Part shown: piece by piece, positions 26,380 to 36,320 of the stretch
How positions within the stretch are numbered: position 1 is the first letter of the stretch
How the letters are laid out: every line of letters begins with the position of its first letter
Origin: an uncultured Desulfobacteraceae bacterium
GTDB lineage: Bacteria; Desulfobacterota; DSM-4660; Desulfatiglandales; HGW-15
Direction: 5' to 3'
DNA: 64,000 bases
Assembly: GCA_964580575.1 (NCBI GenBank)
Contig: CAZOLJ010000002.1
Location: forward strand, 31,447 to 95,446
Position numbers and translations under genes: made by a program
The notes under the pieces: model-generated
Told to the model about the DNA's origin: nothing
What the model saw: only the letters and a program-made list of their open reading frames with translations
The model's database searches: none

Positions 26380-27114
26380 TCAGGATTTTGGCGCTGGGGT
26401 CTTCAACTGGTCCTTGGCTTTGGAATGCCCGGCTTCAGCCGCTTTTTTGAAGTCCTCCATGGCCTTGGGTTTGCTCCCTTTGGCGAGAAAAGCGAGGCCG
26501 CGGTTGTACAGGAGGTCAGGATCTCCGGGTTCTATTTTCAGCCCTGCATCAAAGTCGGTCAGAGCAAGATCGATCCTTCCCATCTGCAACTGAGCGCTGC
26601 CGCGGTTGCAGAGCGCATCCGCTGCATTGGCGTCCAGTTTCATCACCTCTGAAAAATCCTTGATGGCCTCTTCATGCTTCTTCATCTTGGTGTACAGGAG
26701 CCCTCTGTTGTAATAGGCATCCTTATTTTTCCTGTCGAGCTCGATGGCCTTTGAGTAATCTTTTTCAGCGAGTGGAAGGTCCCCCTTGTACTCATACAGC
26801 CAGCCGCGGTTGAAGTAAGCATCAGCATTCTTGTCGTTCACCGAGATGAGGCTGTTGATCTTTTTCAGCTCAAATTCGAAATTAAGGGAGTCTGCCTTTT
26901 TCGCGGGTGCAGCGGGGGCGGCGCTCTTCTCGGGCTCTTGGGCAGGCGCCTGCGGGCCGGAGGGTTTGGGTATGGGCGCCTTGTAGGTTTCGCCCTGGCC
27001 CCACGCGAGCGATAGAAAACCAGAGAGGACAAAGAGCGCGATCATCAGAGAGGTCATCATCTCCCAGGAATGCTTTGAAAACCAAACAGAACATCGGCAG
27101 TTTCCCCCAACCAT
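26380..27114 (-). CDS. Secreted TPR-repeat protein
   Basis: AAGGAGG lies 6 nt upstream of the ATG at 27114. There is an N-terminal hydrophobic signal/anchor and several TPR units (AYFNRGWLYEYKGDLPLAEKDYSKAIELD.., AYYNRGLLY.., ALCNRGSAQ..). Confidence 0.75.
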   Translation of the reverse strand: MVGGNCRCSVWFSKHSWEMMTSLMIALFVLSGFLSLAWGQGETYKAPIPKPSGPQAPAQEPEKSAAPAAPAKKADSLNFEFELKKINSLISVNDKNADAYFNRGWLYEYKGDLPLAEKDYSKAIELDRKNKDAYYNRGLLYTKMKKHEEAIKDFSEVMKLDANAADALCNRGSAQLQMGRIDLALTDFDAGLKIEPGDPDLLYNRGLAFLAKGSKPKAMEDFKKAAEAGHSKAKDQLKTPAPKS

Positions 27115-27497
27115 GGCTTTCCTCCTTTAACGATTGCTCCTGTACGTTTCAAAAACCCGTGGATGAACCGGCCCCCTTCCGGTTTCACCCGGCATGTACC
27201 GCCTTCTGTCCAATCCCAAGGCTTGTGCAAAACAGGGTTATTATACGCTCAAAAAAGGCGCAAATTCAAGAGGCTCCTTAGGGTTTGGATTTCTGACTTA
27301 ACCGGGAAGGGCATCGTCTTTTGGGCGCCAGCAAAATGTTTGACAGCGCCGGAGAGGTGTGTTACCTTGCCGGACAAAATGAATGAGAATTCATTCATTG
27401 CTGAAATCAATAGTATTTTTAGTGAGTAAGACAGAAAAAGGAATCCGAGAATCCTGTATTTCACGGAGAATCATCAACGTTTTAGGAGGTGCGAGGC

Positions 27498-28277
27498 ATG
27501 GAGATCATTGTGTGTGTAAAAAGGGTTCCCATGACCCAGGAGGTTGATCTGGAGATCAACTCCCAGAAGACTGACGTTCGCAAGGACATGCTCGCTTACG
27601 TCATCAACGAATGGGACAACTACGCGATTGAGGAGGCCATACAGATCAAGGAAAAACTGGGCGGAACGGTCACTGCGGTGACCCTCGGAAACGAGGATGA
27701 TGAAGAAGTCCTGCGGCGAAGTTTGGCCATGGGTGCGGACAAGGCCTTCCGGATCGATCCGGGAAACCTGGTGATGGACGCCTTTGTCATCTCCAAAATC
27801 CTGGCGCAATTTATCAAGGGCCAGCCCCACGATCTCGTTTTCACCGGAGTCCAAAGGGATGACCTGAACGAGGGGGCCGTGGGCACCATGCTGGCGGAGC
27901 ACCTGGGCTTGCCTCACGCCGAAGTGGTGAGGAAGGTGGAAGTGGCAGGCAGCGAAGCGACCATTCGGGTGGAGCTGGAAGGCGGCACGGATGAAGTCTC
28001 GAAGATCCAAGTGCCGGCCTTGCTGAGCATCCAGACCGGAATCAACGAGCCGCGCTATGTTTCCATTATGGGCATCCGCAAGGCGGCCAAGAAGGAACTG
28101 AACGTAGCCGGTGTGGATACGCTCGGTCTTGCGGCGGCTGACCTTCAGGCCAGGACCACGGTGGAAGAAATCTTCCTGCCGCCGGAGACCGAAGGGGCCC
28201 AATTCATCGAGGGCGATCCCGGCACAGTTGCGGACGAAATTCTCCGAATCCTCAAAGAAAAGGGGGTGAGCATATAA
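27498..28277 (+). CDS. etfB: Electron transfer flavoprotein, beta subunit
   Basis: AGGAGG lies 8 nt upstream of the ATG at 27498. The N-terminus MEIIVCVKRVP... is typical of EtfB. Confidence 0.9.
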   Translation: MEIIVCVKRVPMTQEVDLEINSQKTDVRKDMLAYVINEWDNYAIEEAIQIKEKLGGTVTAVTLGNEDDEEVLRRSLAMGADKAFRIDPGNLVMDAFVISKILAQFIKGQPHDLVFTGVQRDDLNEGAVGTMLAEHLGLPHAEVVRKVEVAGSEATIRVELEGGTDEVSKIQVPALLSIQTGINEPRYVSIMGIRKAAKKELNVAGVDTLGLAAADLQARTTVEEIFLPPETEGAQFIEGDPGTVADEILRILKEKGVSI

Positions 28278-29236
28278 TGGGCGAGATCTTTGTTGTTGCG
28301 GAACACAGGAAAGGAGAGGTGCGAGAGGTCACCTACCAGATGCTCTGGAAAGCCAACGACCTCTGCCAGAAGCTTTCTCAAACCCTGACGGTCGTCCTGA
28401 TCGGAGCCAAGGACGAGCCTTTCCTCAATGACCTTCAGGAAAGGGCGGACAAAGTCATTGCCGTGGAGGGTCTTGCGAATTTCAACGGCGATCTCTACAA
28501 GGAGATCCTTTTCAGGCTGATCCAGGAACACAAACCCCTGCTCACCCTGGTGGCCCACACCCCTTGGGGAATGGACTTTGCGCCCTCCCTCTCGGTGAAG
28601 CTGGGGTACCCTATCGCAACCGACTGCGTCGATGTGCTCGTGGACAACGGAAAACCCAAGGTCGTGCGGCAGATCTACAACGGGAAACTCTTCTCCAGGG
28701 TAGCTTTCCAGGAGGCGCCGGGTTACCTGATCACCATCCGGAGCGGTGCTTTTCCGGCGGAGAAAGCGGGGGATCACAAGGGAGGAATCGTGCGAATGCC
28801 GGTGCCTGCGGACCTGCCCCAGGCGGTGAAACAGTTTGTTGCTTTCGAAGACGCGGGCGCAGGGGCAGTGGACATCACTCAAGCCGAACTCCTTGTGTCG
28901 ATCGGCCGCGGCGTCGGGGAAGCCGACAAGGTGCCCATGGTCAAAGAGCTGGCGGACAAGATGAAAGGGGTTCTCTCCTGCTCCAGACCGGTGGTGGACA
29001 AGAACTGGTTGCCCAAGTTCCACCAGGTCGGCACCTCCGGGAAATCCGTGAAGCCCAAAGTGTACCTTGCTTTCGGGATCAGCGGAGCTTTTCAGCACGT
29101 GGCTGGCATCACGGGCGCAGGCTGTGTCATTGCCGTCAACAAGGACAAGAAGGCGCCGATTTTCCGGGTAGCGGATTACGGCGTGGTGGAAGATCTCTTT
29201 AAGATTGTGGATGCCCTCAAGGCGAAACTCGCTTAA
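28277..29236 (+). CDS. etfA: Electron transfer flavoprotein, alpha subunit
   Basis: There is a TAATG overlap with etfB. The C-terminal FAD-binding block is ..VSIGRGVG.........LADK....L..SRP.VD..W.....QVG.SG..V.P.VY.A.GISGA.QH..G.... Confidence 0.9.
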   Translation: MGEIFVVAEHRKGEVREVTYQMLWKANDLCQKLSQTLTVVLIGAKDEPFLNDLQERADKVIAVEGLANFNGDLYKEILFRLIQEHKPLLTLVAHTPWGMDFAPSLSVKLGYPIATDCVDVLVDNGKPKVVRQIYNGKLFSRVAFQEAPGYLITIRSGAFPAEKAGDHKGGIVRMPVPADLPQAVKQFVAFEDAGAGAVDITQAELLVSIGRGVGEADKVPMVKELADKMKGVLSCSRPVVDKNWLPKFHQVGTSGKSVKPKVYLAFGISGAFQHVAGITGAGCVIAVNKDKKAPIFRVADYGVVEDLFKIVDALKAKLA

Positions 29237-29260
29237 CCGTGGAGAGTTGTGGAGGCAGGA

Positions 29261-30409
29261 ATGGATTTTACTCTCAGCAAAGAACAGCGGGACATTCAGA
29301 AGGCGGCCAGGGAATTCGCCGTGGGCGAATTTCTCCCTGAGAAAGCCCAGGAGTTTGACAGGAACGAAACCTTTGATCTGAGTATCTGGCGCAAGGCTTG
29401 CGAACTCGGATTTGTGGGCGTGTTCATCGACGAGAAATACGGCGGGGCTGGGCTCGGGTTCCTGGAGCACTGCCTGATCACGGAGGAGTTTTGGGCCGTG
29501 GACGCGGGCATGGGGAATGCGGTGATCACGGCGACCTTCGGCTCTGAACTGCTCAAGCTCTTCGGGACAGAGGAACAAAAGCAGAAGTACCTTCCCCCTC
29601 TGGTGCAGGGAGAGGCGATCATGGGGTGCGCGATCACCGAGCCTGATGCGGGCTCCGACGTGACCGGGGCGATCACCAGCGCAGTAAAGGACAAGGACGA
29701 GTGGGTGATCAACGGGTCCAAGATGTTCATCACCAATGGAACCATCGCGAAGTACATGAATGTTTTTTGCCTCACGGATCCGGACCACAAGGACAGGCAC
29801 CAGAGACACTCCTTCTTTATTGTGGAGACGGACCGGAAAGGGTTTCAGGCCAACAAGCTCCATGGCAAACTGGGCATCCGGGCCAATGACACGGCGGAGG
29901 TCTCTTTTTCGAACGTGCGAATCCCTGCCTCCAACCTGGTGGGCCAGCTCGGTTATGGGTTCAGGCACCTGATGGCTTTCTTCAATCTGACCCGGCTCCA
30001 CATCTGCGCCATGGCGGTAGGCATTGCCCGGGCGGCCCTTGAAGAAGCGAGCAACCACATCAAGAAGCGGAGACAGTTCGGGGTGCCTCTGGCGTCGTTC
30101 CAAGGACTGCAATTCAAGATCGCCGAGATGGCGACCATGATCCGGGCCGCCAGGAACCTCTATTACGAAGCGGTGTGGCTCACGGACCACGGCAAGATGG
30201 ATCATGCGGTCACGGCCATGGCCAAATGGTTTTCGGGGATGGTGGCCGTGAAGTGCGCGGACGAGGCCCTGCAGATGCACGGCGGCTACGGCTACATTGA
30301 TGAGTACAAGGTGCAGAGGATTTACCGGGACGCCAAGATCGTGGAGATCTACGAGGGCACCAAGGAGATCGAGAAAACCATCGTAGCGAAAAATATTCTT
30401 AGGATTTAG
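29261..30409 (+). CDS. Acyl-CoA dehydrogenase
   Basis: Motifs are MDFTLSKEQ..., ..G.AITEPDAGSD......A......W.INGSK.FITNG, ..QFG.PLA.FQ..QFK.AEM and ..Q.HGGYGY..EY.V.R.YRDAKI.EIYEGT.EI. Confidence 0.9.
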   Translation: MDFTLSKEQRDIQKAAREFAVGEFLPEKAQEFDRNETFDLSIWRKACELGFVGVFIDEKYGGAGLGFLEHCLITEEFWAVDAGMGNAVITATFGSELLKLFGTEEQKQKYLPPLVQGEAIMGCAITEPDAGSDVTGAITSAVKDKDEWVINGSKMFITNGTIAKYMNVFCLTDPDHKDRHQRHSFFIVETDRKGFQANKLHGKLGIRANDTAEVSFSNVRIPASNLVGQLGYGFRHLMAFFNLTRLHICAMAVGIARAALEEASNHIKKRRQFGVPLASFQGLQFKIAEMATMIRAARNLYYEAVWLTDHGKMDHAVTAMAKWFSGMVAVKCADEALQMHGGYGYIDEYKVQRIYRDAKIVEIYEGTKEIEKTIVAKNILRI

Positions 30410-30528
30410 TGTCGCTAAGCTCCAGTAGGGAGTAGGCAGAAAGCAGCAGCCTCATCAGCCTACCCCTTACGGCATACTGCTTGATTGTGGCTTTGTGCCC
30501 AAAATCGTGCTATAGGCTTGAAATGGGT

Positions 30529-30560
30529 GGGCCGGTGGTTTTCCATCGGCCCGCTTTGTT
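30529..30560 (+). terminator. Possible intrinsic terminator after the acd gene
   Basis: The stem GGGCCG...CGGCCC is followed by gctttgtt. The U-tract is weak. Confidence 0.3.
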
Positions 30561-30607
30561 CCGGGAAAGAGGAATGAAGGTGGTGATCAGCGGGAGGGGG
30601 CGTAATC

Positions 30608-32470
30608 GTGCTGGATAGAAAGATCGCCCATGTGAATCTGAGCGATGGCTCCTATGAGATCAAGAAGATCCCGATGGAGTGGAGGAGAAAGTTCCTGGGC
30701 GGAAGGGGAATCAACATGCATCTCCTTTCGAAATCCTACCCATCGATCCCTGACCCTTTTTCACCGCAGAACCCTCTCCTTTTCGGAGCCGGCCTCCTCA
30801 CCGGGATTCCGGGGTTCGGGTCAAGAATGAACATCACCTCCCGGTCCCCTGAGTCAGGCCACCTCGGGGATTCCAACATGGGCGGTGAGTTTGGTGCGGA
30901 GATGGTCAAGGCAGGGCTGAGCCACCTCCTGATCACGGGGAAAAGCAAAAAGCCCGTGTACCTCTTCATCAGGGACGGGAGGATCGATTTCTGCGACGCC
31001 CGCAAGCTCAAGGGGCTCGACACGATAGAGACGCAAAAGCGGATTCGTGCTCAAAGGAGGGATCCCAAGGTGCAGGTGGCCTGCATCGGATTGGCAGGCG
31101 AGAACCTGGTCCGTTTCTCCGCCATCCGCTCCGGCATGAAGAGCGCTGCAGGCCGAACCGGGATGGGCGCGGTCATGGGGTCAAAGAATCTCAAGGCCGT
31201 GGCCGTGCGGGGGAACCTGGACATCGGAATCTCGGAGCCGGAGGCCTATCGCAAGTATTATCTCAAGACCCTGGCCGAACTCATGAAAACCAAGTGGATC
31301 CAGGCCTTGGGGAAGCAGGGGACTCCCGTGCTCTTCCGTTACTCCAATGCTCTGGGTTTCCTGAGCGTGCGCAACAACCAGGAGGTGACCATCGGCGACC
31401 AGGGGCCTCTTTTGGAAGCCGAAGCGCTCGAGCCCTACTCCACCGGCATGATGGCGTGCTTCGGATGTCCTGTTCACTGTCGCCACCGGTTCTCCATGGA
31501 AGAGGGAAAGCATCCGGGAACGAGAGGGGAGGGACCTGAGTACGCCTCCATCGGTTCTCTGGGTACAAAGCTGGGCCATCTGGATCTTGAAAACATCATC
31601 TATGCGACGCAACTCTGCAACCTCCATGGACTGGATACCATTTCCACCGGCTCCTACGTGGCCTGGGCCATGGAGCTGTATCAGCGGGGCATCATCGACA
31701 AGAGAACGACGAAAATTCCTTTGAAGTGGGGGGACGGGGAGATCATCGTCGAACTTCTCGACCAGATCGCTCAGCGGAGAGGCTTCGGAGATATCCTGGC
31801 GGAAGGCTCTTTTGCGCGAGAAATCCTTGGGGATGCCTCCCACCCCTATCTTCTGGAAGTCAAAGACTTCCCCATTGAAATGACGGATGAGAGGCTTCCC
31901 AAAAGCTTCGCTCTGGGCATGGCCACTTCCACAAGAGGGGCTTGTCACATGAGAAGCCGTCCCTCGATTGACGCCGTGGGCCTGCCGGAATCGGTTCTGG
32001 AGAAAATGTACGGCGGCCCTGTGAGCGAGCGCCTTTCTTCCTACTTGGGCAAGGCGAGAATGGTCTGGTGGCATGAACTCATGAACGCCGTGTCCGACTC
32101 TCTCGGGATCTGCCGTTTTCAAAGCGTGTTTTCGAGCCCTCACGGATTGGGCTACCCCCATTTCTCACGTCTCATCGATCTCGCGGCAGGCCTTCACCTC
32201 ACTCCCGCGGGGATCAAGAGAACAGGCGAACGGATCTACACACTGGAAAGGCTCATGCTCGCAGGGGAAGGAATTTCCAGGAGCGAAGACACCCTTCCCA
32301 AGAGGTATTTTGAAGAGCCCATTCCCGAGGGGCCTTCCAAAGGGGAAGTGGTGTGCAGAGAGGAGTTCAGCAGGATGCTCGACGAGTACTACAGGCTCCA
32401 CGGTTGGGATGAAGAGGGCATCCCGTCCAAAAGGACGCTCAAGAGACTGGGGCTTTCCAATGAGAATTGA
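30608..32470 (+). CDS. aor: Aldehyde:ferredoxin oxidoreductase family (tungstopterin) enzyme
   Basis: The protein is 620 aa. The N-terminal AFOR_N pattern is (..L.VNLS.G......IP.E....FLGGRG.N..LL). The cluster and pterin region includes C.GC.V.C. The start is GTG. Confidence 0.9.
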   Translation: MLDRKIAHVNLSDGSYEIKKIPMEWRRKFLGGRGINMHLLSKSYPSIPDPFSPQNPLLFGAGLLTGIPGFGSRMNITSRSPESGHLGDSNMGGEFGAEMVKAGLSHLLITGKSKKPVYLFIRDGRIDFCDARKLKGLDTIETQKRIRAQRRDPKVQVACIGLAGENLVRFSAIRSGMKSAAGRTGMGAVMGSKNLKAVAVRGNLDIGISEPEAYRKYYLKTLAELMKTKWIQALGKQGTPVLFRYSNALGFLSVRNNQEVTIGDQGPLLEAEALEPYSTGMMACFGCPVHCRHRFSMEEGKHPGTRGEGPEYASIGSLGTKLGHLDLENIIYATQLCNLHGLDTISTGSYVAWAMELYQRGIIDKRTTKIPLKWGDGEIIVELLDQIAQRRGFGDILAEGSFAREILGDASHPYLLEVKDFPIEMTDERLPKSFALGMATSTRGACHMRSRPSIDAVGLPESVLEKMYGGPVSERLSSYLGKARMVWWHELMNAVSDSLGICRFQSVFSSPHGLGYPHFSRLIDLAAGLHLTPAGIKRTGERIYTLERLMLAGEGISRSEDTLPKRYFEEPIPEGPSKGEVVCREEFSRMLDEYYRLHGWDEEGIPSKRTLKRLGLSNEN

Positions 32471-32831
32471 GGTGAACGAGAAGAAGTGCAGCGGGTGCCG
32501 GCTCTGCGAAACCCTGTGCTCCCTTTTTCATGGAGGAGCTGTGAATGCGGAGAAGTCCGCCATTCGCATCGAGAAGGACGATCTTGACACCAGCATGAAT
32601 TCGCCTTTTGTCTGCCGCCAGTGCAAGACCATGGCATGCCTTGAAGGAGAGAAGGTCACCCCGGAGACGGAGAGAAAGAAGTTCGTTTGGGCCGCGCAAA
32701 GATCGGGCAAGTGCCCTTTCCACGCGTTGAATCCTTTCAAAGGGAAGTCCTACCATTGTGATCTCTGCGGGGGAAACCCTCAGTGCATCAAGGTCTGCAC
32801 CACAGGCGCGCTCGTGATGGGCAGGCGCTAA
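32460..32831 (+). CDS. 4Fe-4S dicluster ferredoxin-domain protein (AOR partner)
   Basis: The ATG overlaps the aor stop. Cysteine motifs are CSGCRLCETLC, CRQCKTMAC and CDLCGGNPQCIKVC. Confidence 0.75.
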   Translation: MRIEVNEKKCSGCRLCETLCSLFHGGAVNAEKSAIRIEKDDLDTSMNSPFVCRQCKTMACLEGEKVTPETERKKFVWAAQRSGKCPFHALNPFKGKSYHCDLCGGNPQCIKVCTTGALVMGRR

Positions 32832-32877
32832 CGGGTTGGCATGAGGAGGCCTGAGGCGCCTGCCGAGAAAAGGGAAA

Positions 32878-33558
32878 ATGATAAACCGGGTTGACCATGG
32901 GAACTCCAGGATGGGCACTGACGAATTCGGAGCCGACCTTCCGATGACAGCGGAAGAATACTTCGTCAAGGCCGTGTATTCCTCAGTGGATGAAACGGTG
33001 GCAGGCGTGCTGGATCGGCTGCGCAGTGAAACGGGCATCGTTCCGAGCTGCAAATTGGGATGTTGCCACTGTTGCCGCTATCGTATCGTCATGAACATTG
33101 CGGAGACCCGCACCCTGGCCCAATACATCAAGCGGGAATTCGCCCCGGAACAGAGGAAGGACCTTCGGGGGCGAACGCAGCGATGGCATGAATGGGACGA
33201 TTCCTTGCGGGGCAGGCGCACGCCGGCCGACAGGGCCAGGCCGAAAGATCCTTCTCCTTATGACCCATGCTGCCCCCTGCTGATCAACGGCGCATGCAGT
33301 GCCTATAGGGTGCGGCCTGTCGTGTGTCGGACCCATTTTGTCTCTTCCCATCCCTTATTCTGCCAAGCGGCTAACGATCCGGAATCCACAGAAGAGTCTC
33401 CGCTGGTGATCGATCTTGTTCTGACGGCGACCAACCCCTTTTCAATGGCCATAAAGGATCATATCGAAAAGGCGGGCTTAGATTACTCCCGGTCGATGAC
33501 GCTTCTTCCGCACGGGCTGGCGAGTGAGATGGGTTGGGATTTCGACGTATCGCCTTGA
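32878..33558 (+). CDS. YkgJ-family cysteine-cluster (zinc/iron-chelating) protein
   Basis: Motifs are CKLGCCHCCRY.. plus ..CPLLINGACSAYRVRPVVCRTH. Confidence 0.65.
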   Translation: MINRVDHGNSRMGTDEFGADLPMTAEEYFVKAVYSSVDETVAGVLDRLRSETGIVPSCKLGCCHCCRYRIVMNIAETRTLAQYIKREFAPEQRKDLRGRTQRWHEWDDSLRGRRTPADRARPKDPSPYDPCCPLLINGACSAYRVRPVVCRTHFVSSHPLFCQAANDPESTEESPLVIDLVLTATNPFSMAIKDHIEKAGLDYSRSMTLLPHGLASEMGWDFDVSP

Positions 33559-33645
33559 TCATGCTTTCAGCGTCCGTCGCCACGGCAGGTGTGACTGTTC
33601 CATGTAGTCCCTTTTAAACGTTACTGATTTCTTGATGAGGAAAAG

Positions 33646-33990
33646 ATGGGGAAACGAGTGTTTGTTGGTGATAAGAAGGCAAGAACTTTCGATGGTGAAA
33701 AGACGACAAAAGTTTTTGATGGGGAAAGGACGGCAAAACTGGGGACTGAAAAGAAGCCCGCCGTTGTCCATGTTCAGACAGAAGAAAGATTGAAAGAAGT
33801 AAGCTCAATCTTTGAAGAGAAGGGGTGGCACTCTATCATTGGATTGGAGCCGGATAAACCGGAGGACCTCACCGAGTTAGAAATATTGCTGAACCCACGC
33901 AAACCAATGATCGCCGAAGACAAGGTTGGACGCAATGAACCCTGTCCCTGTGGCAGCGGGAAGAAATACAAGAAATGCTGTGGTCTATAA
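33646..33990 (+). CDS. Small SEC-C metal-binding-motif protein
   Basis: The C-terminus [20 protein letters not shown] is a SEC-C motif. The N-terminus has a short tandem repeat ([20 protein letters not shown]). Local GC is lower than in the neighbouring genes. Confidence 0.7.
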   Translation: MGKRVFVGDKKARTFDGEKTTKVFDGERTAKLGTEKKPAVVHVQTEERLKEVSSIFEEKGWHSIIGLEPDKPEDLTELEILLNPRKPMIAEDKVGRNEPCPCGSGKKYKKCCGL

Positions 33991-34093
33991 GGCCGTATCC
34001 CATCCGGGACCTTGGGGGGGAGGGGGGTTACGCCGCAGCGCAGGTGCCACGGGTTCCTGCCCGTGGGGCTCCGCTTGATGCTCCGCAGGGCTT

Positions 34094-34564
34094 GTGGGAG
34101 GTTGCTCCTTGCTCCATATCTTTGTAGATGCCGATGCTTGTCCTGTGAAAGAGGAGATTTATCGAGTGGCAAAGCGCTACGACCTCGGCGTCACCCTGGT
34201 GGCGGGGTCGTGGATGCGGATCCCGGAAGAGGAGAACCTATCCCTGAAGGTTGTCGGCGAAGGCATGGACGCGGCAGACGACTGGATCGTCGAGCACGTG
34301 GAGGCCGATGATATCGTGATCACTGCGGACGTGCCGCTCGCGGCCCGATGCCTTGAGAAAGAGGCCTACGCGCTGGGCCCTGCGGGTAAACCGTTCACCC
34401 AAGAGAACATTGGCTCGGTGCTGGCCACTCGCGACCTGCTCTCCGCGTTACGCGATTGCGGGGAGCTCACGGGTGGACCTCCGCCGTTTGCCAAACGCGA
34501 TCGCTCCCGCTTTCTCCATCAGCTCGACGAAGCGGTAGGCGCTATCCGGCGCAAAGGACCATGA
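34094..34564 (+). CDS. YaiI/YqxD-family (UPF0178) protein
   Basis: IFVDADACPVKEEI...IVITADVPLAA..L is the family signature. The true start may be the TTG at 34109, which has GGAGG 7 nt upstream. Confidence 0.8.
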   Translation: MGGCSLLHIFVDADACPVKEEIYRVAKRYDLGVTLVAGSWMRIPEEENLSLKVVGEGMDAADDWIVEHVEADDIVITADVPLAARCLEKEAYALGPAGKPFTQENIGSVLATRDLLSALRDCGELTGGPPPFAKRDRSRFLHQLDEAVGAIRRKGP

Positions 34565-34612
34565 ACCCTGCCCTCCGCCACGGTCGCTTGAGTACTCAGG
34601 CGCAAAAAGTAT

Positions 34613-36013
34613 CTAGAGAGCTGCCAACAGCCGATTCAAGGACTCTTTCGCGTCGCCGAAAAGAGTGATCGTCCTAGCCATCTCATAGAGGGGATTGTTC
34701 ACGCCGGAATATCCGGGTTTTTCGTCCATGTTGCAGACGACCACGACTTTGGCTTCATGGGCCATGAGGATAGGCATCCCCGAGATGGGAGTGCCTTCTT
34801 GTGCGATAGCCGCAGGATTGACGACGTCGCAAGCACCGACAACAAGCACCAGATCCGTGCCGGGGAATTCCGGGTTGATCGCCTCCATCTCCACCAGTTT
34901 CTCATAGTCCACATCCGCTTCAGCGAGCAGGACATTCATGTGCCCCGGCATCCTCCCGGCGACAGGATGAATCGCGAATTTCACGCTCTTTCCAAGTTCT
35001 TCAAGTCGAGAGGCCAACCGGACCACCTGGAATTGAGCCTGGGCCAGAGCCATCCCGTAGCCCGGTATAATGACGATTTTCTCGGCAATCCTTGCGGCTG
35101 AAAGAGCATACTCGAATCCCTCCCCTCCGTCGCCGGTATCGGACAGGATGGGTTTTTCCTTGATGTTCAGGACCTCTCTTGGCCCAGTCCTCTGCTTCGA
35201 CACGCTCCCCATAAAGACCTTGGTCAGCCCTCTGTTCATGGCTGCGCACATCACGTGGGTCAGGATCGATCCGGAGGCGGCCACAGTGGCTCCGCAGGCG
35301 ATGAGCAGGCGATTTTGAAGGGCGATACCGCAAAAGGCGGCTGCCAGGCCTGCCGTGGCATTCAGGAAGGAAATCAGGACCGGCATATCCGCCCCACCGA
35401 TTCGGATCGAGAAAAGAATACCAAGCACGACGGACAAGCCGATCAAGGTCAGAAAGCAGAAAGTAGAGGCCTGAGAATCCGCCTGCCCGGCGATCCCCGC
35501 GACAAGGAGAACGGCGAGACTGCATCCGGCAAGAAGCTGCGAATGGAGGCGAAGCACAACCGGCTGCTGTTTCATCAGGCCTGCGAGCTTGCCTCCGGCA
35601 ATCATGCTTCCGCTGAACGTGGCTGTCCCGATGATCAACCCCAAGAGCCCCGAGACCTCGCCGAGCGTGGTCCCTGCTCCTCCTGTCCCGCGTGTCAACT
35701 CCAGAAAAGCGATCAAGCAGGCGGCAATTCCCCCTGCACCGTGCTGGAAGGCGACCATGGCGGGAATCTGGATCATCTGGATTCGCGCGGCCACGGCCCA
35801 GCCCAAAGCGCCACCTAAAAGGAGAGCCGCGAGCACCAGGCCGGGCTCCACACTCCCATGACGTCCAATGACCAAACCAAAGGCGCAGAGGAGAGCGAAA
35901 GCGGCAGTGAAATTCCCTCTGCGCGCCCCTGGCGGGTTTCGGAATTGAAAGAATCCCAGAAGGAGAAGAAGAATGATCAGGAAATCGGTTCCAAGGATCA
36001 GTCCGGTTTCCAT
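34613..36013 (-). CDS. pntB: NAD(P) transhydrogenase subunit beta
   Basis: The N-terminal half is multi-TM. The C-terminal NADP(H) domain has ..IIPGYGMA.AQAQ..V......L...G..V.FAIHPVAGRMPGHMNVLLAEA.V. Confidence 0.95.
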   Translation of the reverse strand: METGLILGTDFLIILLLLLGFFQFRNPPGARRGNFTAAFALLCAFGLVIGRHGSVEPGLVLAALLLGGALGWAVAARIQMIQIPAMVAFQHGAGGIAACLIAFLELTRGTGGAGTTLGEVSGLLGLIIGTATFSGSMIAGGKLAGLMKQQPVVLRLHSQLLAGCSLAVLLVAGIAGQADSQASTFCFLTLIGLSVVLGILFSIRIGGADMPVLISFLNATAGLAAAFCGIALQNRLLIACGATVAASGSILTHVMCAAMNRGLTKVFMGSVSKQRTGPREVLNIKEKPILSDTGDGGEGFEYALSAARIAEKIVIIPGYGMALAQAQFQVVRLASRLEELGKSVKFAIHPVAGRMPGHMNVLLAEADVDYEKLVEMEAINPEFPGTDLVLVVGACDVVNPAAIAQEGTPISGMPILMAHEAKVVVVCNMDEKPGYSGVNNPLYEMARTITLFGDAKESLNRLLAAL

Positions 36014-36017
36014 GGCC

Positions 36018-36320
36018 TCATCGCCTCAACTCAAAGGGCGCCTTGCCTTTTTTGAAAAGCTTCAGCATGCGATCGGTAATCATGAACCCCCCAAACAGGT
36101 TGAAGGCCGCTGCGACAAGAGCGGCAAAAACCAACAGCTTCTCAACGCCGGTCGTTTCCGAAGAAAACAGGACCAGGCCCCCGAGGATGATGACCGCAGA
36201 AATCGCATTGGTCATGGACATCAGAGGAGTGTGCAGCAGGGGGGGAACCCTGGATATCACGGCATATCCAAAGACAAAAGTCAGAACAAACACTGAAATC
36301 ATAACCAGCAGGTCACCCAT
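36018..36320 (-). CDS. pntA: NAD(P) transhydrogenase subunit alpha, part 2 (membrane)
   Basis: ..FVLTFVFGYAVISRVPPLLHTPLMSMTNAISAVIILGGL.. The start at 36320 has aaggag upstream and an 8-nt ATGGGTGA overlap with the pntAA stop. The ORF-track TTG at 36338 is less likely. Confidence 0.9.
   Translation of the reverse strand: MGDLLVMISVFVLTFVFGYAVISRVPPLLHTPLMSMTNAISAVIILGGLVLFSSETTGVEKLLVFAALVAAAFNLFGGFMITDRMLKLFKKGKAPFELRR

Noticed and set aside
28145-30280. 711-aa ORF on the minus strand (largest in the track after the beta-propeller gene)
   Set aside because: It is antisense to etfA and the acyl-CoA dehydrogenase gene, so it is a shadow ORF.
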